A stretch of DNA of 64,000 nucleotides from Heterodontus francisci (lineage: Eukaryota), in contig NC_090417.1 in assembly GCF_036365525.1 (NCBI RefSeq), positions 310,001 through 374,000 on the forward strand, written 5' to 3'. Shown piece by piece: positions 11,951 to 24,500 of this stretch. How positions within the stretch are numbered: the stretch's first letter is position 1; the number at the start of each line of letters is the position of its first letter. Under the pieces are notes generated by a model, which was given only the letters and a program-made list of their open reading frames with translations, was not told the DNA's origin and did not search any database. Made by a program: the position numbers and the translations under genes.

Positions 11951-14900
11951 ATGCCTCATTTTTGTTCCTGCTTTTGTAGCGGTCCTGTAACTGGATTCCT
12001 TAATGAAAAGAAAACAAGCCCCTGAATCTCTAGACCGTGGTCTCCATTCTCTGCGGCTCAGTCTGACACATCGCAAAGCAACCCGGGCAGCAATCTATCT
12101 CTGTGTGGTCATCCAGCTCACAGTGACAAGCGCCATCATTAAATAGATTACCTCAATAAAACTCAAGTTACTTGGAGAAGAAAAACGATTGGGATGAAAT
12201 GATTATAGAGACAAGGGGACAATGTACAAGGCATTTACACAGACACATATTGGATTTTCATAGCGAGTTCAGCTTGAGTAAAGGTTGGGGCTGTGGACTG
12301 GACTAGTTTGTAGCGTACCTCCTGCATAATGAACAAGCAAGAAAGATCAAAAACCCTCAGTAATTTATCTTTTTTTTCACATCTCAGAAACAAAAAAACC
12401 GCTGCTTCCCTGCAGTGGATTTCACAGAGAGGTCTGGATGATGAATACAATACCTGGAGAACCGTGTACAGTTCTGACCTCTGTCCCTAAGGAAAAACGT
12501 ACTTGCCTTCGGGGCAGTGCAGAGAAGGTTCACGAGATTGGTTCTTGGGATGAGTGGGTTGCCCTGTGGTGAGAGGGCGGGTAAATTGGGCATATGCTCT
12601 CTGCAGTTTCGAAGAATGGACAAGGAGGGGAGGCTTCCAGCAAACAGGGCTGTGTCGGGACAGAAGGGGGCCATTCAGCCCCTCGAGCTTGTCCCGCGCC
12701 GTTCAGTGAGACCGTGGCTGATCTGTGAGGGAACCCCATATTACCCGCCTTTATCCCTCAATATCTTTGGTTTACAAAAATCGATTGATCTCAGATACAA
12801 AATGAATAATGGATCGCTCATCAAATTGCCGTTTGGGGTAAAGAGTTCCAAACAGCGCAACCTTTTTAGTGGGTGTTTCCTAATCTCACTCCTGAAAGGT
12901 CTGCCTCTGGTTTTTAGACTACGCCCGCACCACCTCCCCCCGCCCTAGCCCTAGACTTCCAAACCAGCAGAAATAGTTGCTCTGTATAATCTTGAAAACT
13001 TCAATCGAGTCACCTCTTAACCGTCCGCATTCCAGGGATCACAAACCTAGTTTAGGTAATCCCGCCTCGTGATTTAACCCTTGCGGTGCGGGTATCATTC
13101 TGGGAAACCTACACTGTACTCCCTCTGAGGCCGACACATCCTTCCGAAGGTGCCCAGAGCTGCCCGCAGTGCTCCAGACGTGGTCCAACCAGGGCTTTGT
13201 ATTGTCATAGCATAACTGTTGTAGCTGTAGTCTAGCTATTGTATAGTCTGAGTTTTAAGTGGAGCTCTGACCCTGATTTATTGCGGAGAGATCAATGGAA
13301 GGGAGACGGAATGGTGACAGCTGTGTGTATTTTTACACACACACACACACACACGCAGGTAAAACCCTGCACAGCAGCAAGCTACCTTGATTTCCCGGGA
13401 TGCCTTGCCAGCCTGGGAACCAGAAGGGAGTCACAGCACAGCTGAAGCCCGAGACTTAATCTTATGCATCATTAAGCACTCAGGAGCAAGGCAGCATCTC
13501 TCATATACATCATCCATGCTTAGTAAACATAATGATGACATTAGATTAGTAATTTGAAATGAATTTTCTTTTTTATAGGGAAACTGAGAATTCTTGCAAA
13601 AAAAAAAAGTCAATTACCTGAGAAGAACAGCATTTATGAGTTTTTTTTTTCCCCTCTCGGATGCAGAGGACCGTTAAAACTGCATCAGAAGGTTGGAGGG
13701 AGTTGATGGACCTGGAATATTTCCGCGCAATTTCAAGCCTGCATCACCGCCATCCATCATCAGCCGTCTTAAGCTTGCAATGACATTCCTTTGCAACACT
13801 TCGGAATTACCATATTACCACTCTGTGTCTATCTAAGATGCAATCTTAAAGCTACAGTGCTTTCTTTTTGATCTCACGGTTAGGATTTCGGAAGCGCGTG
13901 CGTCGGTGGGGGTGCCGCTTAGGAGCACCGTGTCGGGGGAGCCCCCCCGGTGAAGCGACAATTATGCAGTGTTCTTTTCTACTATTCCTTTTGAATCTGT
14001 CCGATTCCCCTGAAGGTCACTGAATCCGACCGGATTGTGAGCCACTACCTCTTGGCTCTTCGCGAGTGAGCCCAGATAATGTGCGTCGGCCGCATATTTA
14101 ACTGGACGTGGGTCCAATCTTGCCCTCGGCTGACATCCACACATGTGCACGTCCAGCAGGAGTCACTGAGCAGCGGTCAGGAGTGGGAACTCCAAAGGGT
14201 TGCCCATTGCTTCGACTGAGAAGCTCGGTGTGGCCCCCTGAAGGCCATTTGGCCCCTCTAGGTAAACGATGTTATGCTGTCAAACAGCTTGATGTTATGG
14301 GGCTCCTGTGCTCAAGGGGGAGCTAACAGGAAAAGCGTTGGGAGGGCCTCAGGCTTGCGTCGCTAGGCCGCTCTCCCTCCCAGCCTGCCTCAGGCCTCCT
14401 GCCGCTCGAAGCAGTATTATGCCGTGGCCTTTGCTCCCTGCGTCCAAAACCGCTGCCTGAAAAATTGGCAGCGAAAGCGAACGTGGAAAGGCCCCGAGCT
14501 GCGTGCGGCTTGTCCTCTTTCTGTCCCAGCTCTGTGTACACAGATCGAGCACAGCCGCAGACAAAAGCCTTTGAAAGCCATGAATCACTGTGTCACCTTA
14601 TCACTCCCTCAGACACAGCTCGCAACCCGATAGCGGGACGGGGGGGGGGGACTAAACAAACTAATTGGAGCCTATTTCCACTCCTCTATCTCTCGGCTCC
14701 ATTACATCACCTTCATTAGGATGCAGCCTGCTGTAGGGAAGGGGACGTCCTCAAGTACTATGTGATCTCTCTATTAAAAATATCAGCAGGGAGCATGGTC
14801 CCTAGGCCCCAGTGTAGACAAACCTACAGTGTACGCCACAGCAGGAGACCTTCACTCAAGATGCACGGCCTTCCGATTATGGCTGATGTTGTGTAACAAC

Positions 14901-16005
14901 TGGAAACGGTTTGATTAACCCTGCCTGCAGGCAAAAGCGACTGAGGGCCCGGGAGGCCTTGAGGGGGCCTGGGCGCGACGTCCTGTTCAATACTGTGTAG
15001 TCAGTGCAAAACGGTTATCTCCTGCGATTCGAGTCAGGTTCTCGCATTACACAGTTTGAGGGGACAGCACTGCTACAGAGAATGCACGAATCAACCTGAA
15101 CCAACACGAAAACAAATCTCATTCTGTGAGGGGCTGCCTCTGAATTGACTTGATGTTTTGCCCACATCTTAATGCTCTCTCTCGCAAATATGCTGTTGTA
15201 ACGCTGGTTTCCCCAGTGCTTTCCTGCTGCACCACCCCCCCCCCCCCCCCCCGCCTCCCTCCAATAACCCTTGATTCCCTCATCTATTAAAAACTGGGGA
15301 ACTGTATCCCGGGGAGAGTCTGTTTACAACCAGTGCAGTGACAACCTTTTATAAGAGCACCTTCCCTAAACCTCTCTGTCTCTCATCAGAGGAATTTCCA
15401 GGTGCTATCTATGTGTAAACACCGGAGCTCGGGCTGCCGTAGCTGGTGACGCTTCCTGCACATGTGGTCGTCCCGACCCCGCGGAGCGCCCAGGACTTAC
15501 CCACGTGGCGTTCCACGGGGCTGAGGTGCCCTGCTATGCCTTTGCTTTCTAGACTATGAAGTCGAAACACCTGCCAGCTACTCTAACCAATCGGCTCCTT
15601 CCCTGGTTGTAAAATCATTTAACAGGGAGTCAGGTTAAGCATTTATAAAGGAAGAATATAAAAGGAAAGGGAAGGGAAACGGGACACTTATATATGGCTC
15701 CAGTCGAACAGCCAACGCAGACATGGACTGCAACGGTATGTAGTTACACAATGGGGCCACTTGGCCACAGAGAGCAGCAAGTGACATGTACAGCAGGACC
15801 AGAGGCAGGGGAAACAGCAAGCATGGAGGAGGACTGGTGTACAAACTCCAAGGTGCCAGCGAAACTCCCGCCAGCATCTTAAACTGATACAAAGCTAGGC
15901 ACTGGCTCGTATACAAAGCTCACTGATACCACCGTGTGGCTAAAGAACAAAGTGCAGTGGATTGTGTGCTGGCACCCAGTAACCCCCCCACCACAATGTG
16001 TAGAG

Positions 16006-16037
16006 GTCACCACCTGGTGGTGAAACGACATATTGCA
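16006..16037 (-). promoter_or_regulatory. Candidate CTCF site (upstream motif plus core)
   Basis: Minus strand TGCAATAT-GTCGTT-TCA-CCACCAGGTGGTG resembles the CTCF upstream (ZF9-11) motif followed by the core. Confidence 0.5.
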
Positions 16038-16419
16038 AGAGCACAGCAGCCTTGAGCATCACTGACACAACTGGCTTCCCAGTGAACAGAATATCAGAGC
16101 TGGGAGGTTATGCTGGAACTGTATCAAACACGCCCTATTCCTCCGTAGTTAAGGGATCCATAAGCCGGGGGCATAGATTTAGGGTAAGAGGTTTAGAGGC
16201 ATTTTGAGGGGGAATGTTTTCACCCAGAGGGAGTCTGGAACTCACTGCTCGAAAGGGTGGTAGAGGCAGAAACCCACATAACATACCCTGTCTACGATTA
16301 GATAGGTAAGAATGGAACCAGGTGGGTGCAGACCCACCCAGCTGGACGACAGTGGAGAGGCATTGGAGGAGGATGGTGTGGTCAACTGTGTCAAAGGGTG
16401 CAGACAGGGCGAGGAGGGT

Positions 16420-19320
16420 TAGTGCAAACGCGTCCAGTGCACACGGTGCACAACACATCCAGTGCAAACTGACCCAGTGCACAGCACACCAAGTGCACAG
16501 CACACCCAGTGAACAAGACACCGAGTGCAAACACACCAAGTGCAAACACATTCAGTGCAAACCGACACAGTGCAAACAGACCCAGCTCACAACACACTCG
16601 GTGCAAATGCACCCAGTGCAAATCACATCCAGTGCCCAACACACCCAGCACTACCACATCCAGTGCAAACACACCCAGTGCACGCATGAAAACTGACCCA
16701 CACACAGTGCACAACACACCTAGTGCACAGTGCACAACACATCCAGTGCAAAACACACCAAGTGCACAACACACCCTAGTGCATAACACACCCAGTGCAA
16801 ATGCATCCCAGTACACAATACAAGGGCACAACACACCCAGTGCAAACACACCCAGTGCACAACACACCCAATGCAAAAACACCCCAGTGCACAGTACACC
16901 CAGTGCAAACACACCCAGTGAACAACACAAGCGCACAACACACCCAGTGCAAACATATACCATGCACAACACAGGGAACAACACACCCAGTCTACAACAC
17001 ATCCCGTGCAAACACACCCAGTGCACAACACACCCAATGTAAAAACACCCCAGTGCACAGTACACCCAGTGCAAACACACCCAGTGAACAACACAAGCGC
17101 ACAACACACCCAGTGCAAACATATACCGTACACAACACAAGGGAACAACACACCCAGTCTACAACACATCCCGTGCAAACACACCCAGTGCTCAACACAC
17201 CCAGAGTAAACACACCCAGCGCACAACACACCCCAGTGCACAATACAACCAGTGCAAACACACCCAGTGCACAACACAAGTGCACAACGCACCCAGTGCA
17301 AACATACCCAGTGCAAACACACCCAGTGCACAATACACCCAGTGCAAACACACCCAGTGCACAACACAAGTGCACAACACACCCAGTGCAAACATACCCA
17401 GTGCACAACACAAGTGCACAACTCATCCAGTGCAAACACACCCCAGTGCACAGTACACCCAGTGCAAACACACCCAGTGCACAACACAAGTGCAAAAACA
17501 CACCCAATGCACAACACATCCAGTGCAAACACACCCCAGTGCACAACACAAGTGCACTATACACCCAGTGCACAACACATCCAGTGTAAACACACCCAGT
17601 GCACAGCACAACCAGTGCAAACACACCCCAGTGCACAATACACCCAGTGCAAACTCACCCAGTGCACAACACACCCAGTGCACAACAGATCCAGTGCAAA
17701 CAGCCAGTGCACAACACAAGAGCACAATACATCCAGTGCGCAACACACTCAGTTCACAACACATCCAGCGCAAACACACACAGCGCAAACACACCCAGTG
17801 AACAACACAAGTGCACAACACACCCAGTGCAAACACACCCAGTGCACAACATACCCAGTGCAAGCACATCCAGTGCACAACATACCCAGTGCAAACACAA
17901 CAAGTGCAAAACACACCAAATGCAAGCACACCCAGTGCACAACACACCAGTGCAAACACACCCCAGTGCACAACATATCCAGTGCAAGCACACCCAGTGC
18001 AGAACACACCCAGTGCAAACACACCCTGTGCACAACACACCCAGTGCAAGCACACCCAGTGCACAACACACCCCAGTGCACAATACACCCATTGCAAACA
18101 CACCCAGTGCACAAAACACCCAGTGCACAACACACCCAGTGCAAGCACACCCAGTGCACAAAATACCCAGTGCAAGCACACCCAGTGCACAACAGACCCA
18201 GTGCACAACACACCCAGTGCAAACACACCCAGTGCACAACACAAGTGCACAACACATCCAGTGCACAACACACCCAGTGCAAACACACCCAGTGCACAAC
18301 ACAAGTGCACAACACACCCAGTGCCAACACTCCCAGTGCACAACACACCCAGTGCACAACACACCCAGTGCAAACACACCCAGTGCACAACACACCCAGT
18401 GCACAACACACCCAGTGCAAACACACCCAGTGCACAACACAAGTGCACAACACATCCAGTGCAAACACACCCAGTGCACAGCACAAGTGCACAACACACC
18501 CAGTGCAAACACACCCGGTGCACAACACACCCAGTGCACAACACACCCAGTGCACACACACCCAGTGCACAACACACCCAGTGTAAGCACACCCAGTGCA
18601 CAACACACCCAGTGCAAGCACACCCAGTACAAACACTCCCCAGTACACACACACCCCAGTACACAACATACCCAGTGCACAACACACCCAGTGCAAACAC
18701 ACCCAGTGCAAACACACCCAGCGCACAACACACCCAGTGCAAATACACCCAGTGCAAGCACACCCAGTGCACTACACACCCAGTGCACAACACACCAAGT
18801 GCAAACACACCTAGTGCACAACACACCCAGTGCAAACACACCCAATGTACAACACACCCAGTGCAAACATACCCAGTGCACAACACACCCAATGCAAACA
18901 TACCCAGTGCAAGCACACCCAATGCACAACACACCCCAGTGCACAATACATCCAGTGCAAACACACCCAGTGCACAACACAAGTGCACAACACATCCAGT
19001 GCAAACACACCCAGTGCAAACACACCCCAGTGCACAACACACCCCACTGCACAACACACCCAGTGCAAGCACACCTAGTGCACAACACACCCAGTGCTAA
19101 CACACCCAGTACACAACATACCCAGTGCACAACACACACAGTGCAAACACACCCCAGTGCACAATACACCCAGTGCAAACACACCCAGTGCACAACACAC
19201 CCAGTGCACAACACACCCAGTGCAAACACATCCAATGTACAACATAAGTGCACAACACACCCAGTGCACAACACATCCAGTGCAAACCGACCCAGTGCAC
19301 AACAAACCCAGTCCAAACAC
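16420..19320. repeat. AC-rich minisatellite, about 15-16 bp unit (CCAGTGCACAACACAC / CCAGTGCAAACACAC)
   Basis: About 2.9 kb degenerate tandem array. Source of all long ORFs between 16.3 and 19.5 kb. Confidence 0.95.
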
Positions 19321-19689
19321 AGCCACGACAGTAATAACTATTCAAACAAAACTGCTAGAAATCTGTTACTGTCAGAACGAAAGACAAACAGTGAAAGTAA
19401 AGTATCCAACTATTCTGCAGTCTAGCTGCTTCATCTTTCTTTATAACACAGCATAGGATAGATTACTAACCCAGAAGCAGAATGTTACAGCACAGAAACA
19501 GCTCTGCACCGCTGTTTCTAACACAGGAGCTAGTCCTGCTATCTCGCTCAAACCCAGCACCCTTTAATATTCCTTTTTCACATGTCTATCTCATTCTCCA
19601 TTAAAAGAGCTAACAAGACTTTACTTCATCAAGGTTTGTGCCAGGAAATTCCACCATCTAACCATCCTTGGAAAGACATGTTTCTTCTG

Positions 19690-20275
19690 CGGCAGCAAGT
19701 TCCAAAGTGACACAACCCTCGGAGAGAAAGGATTTCTCCTCATCTCTGTCCTAAAAGGGCGACCCCTAATTTTAAATCAGTGCCCCCTAGTTCTGGACTC
19801 ACCCACAAGAGGAAACATCCTTTCCACATCCACCTTGTCAAGACCGTTCAGGATCTTATAAACTTCAATCAAGTCTCCCCTCACTCTTCTAAACTGCAGT
19901 GAAAACAAGCCCAGTCTGTCCAACCTTTCCTCATAAGACAACCCGCTCATTCCAGGTATCAATCTAGTAAACCTCCTCTGAACTGCCTCCAACGCATTTA
20001 CATCCTCCCTTAAATAAGGAGACCAGAACCGCGCACAGTATTGGAGATGTGGTCTCACCAATGCCCTGTATAACTGAAGCATAACCTCCTTACTTTTATT
20101 TTCAATTCCTCTCGTAATAAAGGATAGCATTCCATTAGCCTTCTTTATGACTTGCTGTACCTGCATACTAACCGATTGAGACTCATGCACTAAAACACCT
20201 TGATCCCTCTGCACCTTGGAATTCTGCAGTCGTTCTCCGTTTAGGTAATACTCTGCTTTTTTATTCTTCCTGCCT
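19690..20275 (-). mobile_element. CR1 LINE ORF2 3' fragment
   Basis: ORF 19777-20286: LQLYRALVRPHLQYCARFWSPYLRED...RGDLIEVYKIL. Confidence 0.85.
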
Positions 20276-21504
20276 TTTTTGGACAATTATTTTGAATTTA
20301 TGACCTCTGGTTACTGACCAAAACTGTTTCTCCCTCGTTCCTCTATCGAAATCCCTCATAATTTCAAAACCTCTATTAGGTTCCTCATCGCTGGTATCAT
20401 TTTGTTAAACCTCTCTTGCACCCTCTCCAAGATGCAAATATCCTACTGATGCGCGGTGCCCAGATTGTACACAATACTCCAGCTGGAGCCGATCCAGTGA
20501 TTCGTAAAAGTTTAGCATAACTTCCGATGTTTTTGCTTTTAATTAGACTATTGACAAAGCCGAGTATCTCATACACTTTCTTAACTGCCTTCTCAACTTG
20601 CCCTGTCACCTTCAAGGATTTGAGACCATGCGCTCCCAGATCCCAAATCTAGCGATATCTAGCCCCATCCCAGTGCAAACTGTGTGGCTTGTACTGGTCC
20701 CAATGCCCCAGGAATCTGAAGCCCTCTCTTCTGCTACGCATTCACCTTTTTTTTCTTTCATGGGATATGAATGTCGCTGGCGAGGCCAGCATTTGTTGCC
20801 CACGCCCAATTGCCCTTGAACTGAGTGGCTTTCTGGGCCATTTCAGAGGGCAGTTAGGAGTTAGCCACATTGCTGTGGGTCTGGAGTCACATGTAGGCCA
20901 GACCCTAAAGGGAATTGGCGAACCTGATGGGTTTTGACGACAATCGATGATAGTTTCGGGGTACCATTACGGAGAGTAGCTTTCAACTCCGGATTTTTAT
21001 TGATTAATTGAATCTAAATTCCACCGGCTGCCATCATGGGATTTGAACCCACTGCCAAAAGAAAAATCAACAAGTTTTGGAGGGGCACTCTCCGACATCG
21101 ACCGTCGAACCTCTGAGAAGCCAAAGCATTGAATGTTTTCAAGAAGGAGTTGGACCTAGCTCTTGGGTCTAAAGGGATCAAAGGGTATGGGGCGAAAGCG
21201 GGAACAGGAGTTGGATGATCAGCCATGATCATAATGAATGGCGGAGCAGGCTCGAAGGGCCGAATGGCCTACTCCTGCCCCTATTTGCTATGTTTCTATC
21301 AGAATAAGTGCTGACTTATAAGTGCAAGCTTTAACACCACTGCCTCCAAAACAACTCAATCTCAATTCTAATGGTGTGATTGAAAGGCGGTACGGCTTTA
21401 AGAGACAGCAGCCCTGGGGATAAAATGACATCAGCTGCCGGGAATGAAGGCAAGACATCGGTCGCTACTGGACGAGCATTTCCTGTTTTTGCTGCACTCA
21501 CTGT

Positions 21505-21546
21505 GCTGTGATTGGCCGCCGGGCCGGGTTGCTCCGGCTATAACAG
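21505..21546 (+). promoter_or_regulatory. Proximal promoter of the SFTPB-like gene
   Basis: Inverted CCAAT (ATTGG, 21511), a GC-rich stretch and TATAA at about 21539, some 45 bp upstream of the ATG at 21585. TAAGTG NK2-type motifs at 21305 and 21319. Confidence 0.5.
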
Positions 21547-21584
21547 TGAGAGCTGGTGTGTTCTATGCAGTAAAGAAACGAGAG

Positions 21585-24500
21585 ATGGCTGTCTTTGTGA
21601 TCCTTGTCTCCTTGTGCCTCTCCCCAGGTAAGGTGTTAGCTGCTGTGTAATGCTTTACTGCGGGAGCCACACACACACACACTGACAAGAGGGCCTTGTG
21701 CCCATTCACTGCCAGTCAGTGTTTGTGACTTTGTGCTGAAATTGTAATCTCGTGTTTAGTTTTACCTCTATGACTGACTGTGATTGAGCCCCGCCTCTGC
21801 AAAACCAGCTTGCATTATGTACGCCCAAGTGCTTATCCCTGGTCTTGCCCTTGGAGGATGGCTCTGCAGTATGAAGGCCAGGGCAGTTGGAAGACTGTAC
21901 AAGCCACAAGGTTGCATCCCTAATGATTATAATGGGGCAGAGGCAACAGCTCAATGCACTGGTTCTGTGTGTGAGGACAGTGGTCTGAAACTGTGCTCTG
22001 AATGCAAGTATTGGGTTATAAAATTACAGCTGGTTTATTTATTTTTGGCTCCTGCGGCAGTTTCAGTTCTTTTTTTGGGTGGGGGGGGTGGCACAGCCAC
22101 AGGGAGAGCATCCAGCACTCTGGCCTTCAGCCTACATCTAGGGTTTCTCAGCAGTGACAAAGTGTGGACTTCCCGCACTCTGTTATTTAACGGCGCGATT
22201 AAGATGCTAGTTGGAATAATTGGCCTCTTGCTCTGTGGGAGTTCAAGATCCTGAATAGCAAGAGGCTATATCGACGTAATGGCACAGTTCTAAAGAGTGT
22301 GCAGGGAGAGAGGGACCTGGGGGGTGGGGGGGGGGGGGGGTGGGGGGGGGCGCATGTGTATCGATCTTTGAAAGCGGCAGGACGTACTGGAGAGAGTGGT
22401 CAGCGAAGCATTTGGGATCTTGAGCTTGATAAATCATGCTGTTGAACGCAAAAGCAAGGGCAGCCTTTTTATAAAGCTCTGGTTGGGCCCCAACTGGAGT
22501 ATTGCATGCAGTTCTGGTCGCCACACTTTAGGAAGGATGTGAGGGTCCTTGAGAGGGCGCAGAGGAGATTTACCAGAATGGTTCCAGGGATAGCTCCGTG
22601 GAGCTGGAACCCCCACACTGTTCTCATTAAAGCACACTATAATGAGGTACAGTCTCCCTTCTCACTGTACCCTTCAGTTTCACTGTTACAGGAGGGCAGA
22701 GGTCATGGAAAACGAGCTTTCCACTGTGACGGGTCCTACATTATGAAAGAAAATTAAAGCCTCTGTGTCGTGTAGTGCTCACATCTCTGGCCATACGCTA
22801 CTCAGAAAGAAGGCTTGTTTCAGTCTGGCGTCGAAAATAGGTCAGTGCACGCCCTCGGCTCCACATCTCAATGCATCAGTGCATGGGGGAGTGGACTCTC
22901 ACAATCAGTTCAGCGGAAGGGGGAAAATCATCCACTCGTACCAAACTGTTACCCATGCCGACCCTTCCTGTTTCAGTACTAACACTGCAGGAAAGCCACT
23001 CCTGCTTGTAAATTCAACTAGATCATGGCTGATCTTCTATCTCAATGCCTGCACTATCCCTATAATCCCTTGATATCTTTAATATCTCAAAATCTTTTGA
23101 TCTCTGTCTTGAATATGCCCAGTGACTGAGCTTCCACAGCCCTCTGGGGTGGAGAATTCCACAGATTCACCACCCACTGAGTGAAGAAATTCCTCCTCAT
23201 CTGTCTTAAATGGCCTGCCCCTTGTTCTGAGACTGTGTCCCCTGCTTCTAGGCTCCCCCCAACCAGGGGAAACTTCCTTCCTGCATCTACCCTGTCGAGC
23301 CCTGTGAGAATTTTGTCTGCTTCAATGAGATCACCTCTCATTCTATAAAACTCTAGATATTTATCGATTTATATATTTATAAATCTCCCATTATTTGACA
23401 TTAGTGATCCAGATGGGTGTTTACGACAATTGGTATTCATCTCAGTAATCGTGCCACGAAACTAGCTTTCAATTCCACATTACTTATTACCCAAGTGATT
23501 TTATTAAAGAATTGAATTTAAATTCCAGCAGCTGTGGGCGTAGGGAAATCTGTAAGTGGTATGTTTAGGGGCATTTAAAAGCAGCTCAGCCTGCCTTTTG
23601 CCAAGGGATAAAGTCAAGCCCATGGAGTAGTCATGTGGGTCCCAGAACGGTAACTCAGTCCAAGGTGTAATATTACTTGTTCCTTTGCTTTGCTCCATGC
23701 AGTATTGCAAGACTCGCAGGACTACAAGTAATATCCAAAGAAAACTTGGGGTTTTTGTTATAGCTGAACGAGAACTACACCCACAGCTCTCTGGTTATAT
23801 GTGTCGCGCCATCACCTCCTCTGGTGATCTTCACTTATAGCTCTTAGCGGTCAGACTTCTGTTGGAGGGGGGGGAGGATGTTAGCAGTAATACATCACCC
23901 ACATGTTTTCCTCTGTTCTTTATTGTTTCATGTGTATTTAAGCAGGGCAACGTCCACCTTAGAAACAAACACTGCCATTGCAAGGATAACCGGGCCCCTT
24001 CCCCACCTCTGCCAATAAACACCGAGCTCCTCCCACTACCCCTGACCGTCACTGTAAATTCGCAAGCTTTGCCCTGATCATTCTGACCACATGCCGTAGA
24101 CCGACACAGCAACAAGCAGCAACAAACATTAATTCGTCGATTGCATGCTCCGAGGGCCAGCCTGCTTGAAGTGTGGGTTGCAGGTAGAGACACAACATAC
24201 GTGCATGTTCTCCTTTTGAACACTGGGATTGCTAGATTGATGAATTCACGTGAGGGAGAGGTCCATGAGGATTGGTCCCATGAGGGACTTTTCAGGGGTG
24301 GCTTTTACCTGTAAGTCAAAGGGATACAGCGAGAAGGTGCACCAGCTACAAAGGCTGCTCCTTTCCAAGGCCACTTTCACTGCAGCCTCGCTTCTGTGGC
24401 AGTGGGACCAAGATCAATGGAAACCATTTTGATAATGGTCAGCACTTCCCACCCGGCCCCCATTACTTACCTCCTGCACTTTCTATCGAATATCCTGCAC

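Noticed and set aside
15526-15552. VPCY peptide resembling the ATOH8 bHLH exon start
   Set aside because: Continues AFAF then stops, has no pyrimidine acceptor, and lacks the SYGQKLSK continuation.
16420-19320. Metal-response-element array
   Set aside because: Most cores are TGCACAA or TGCAAAC, not the TGCRCNC consensus.
16135-19456. Many long His/Thr/Cys/Val-rich ORFs
   Set aside because: Open in most frames on both strands because the minisatellite lacks stops. No splice or domain evidence.
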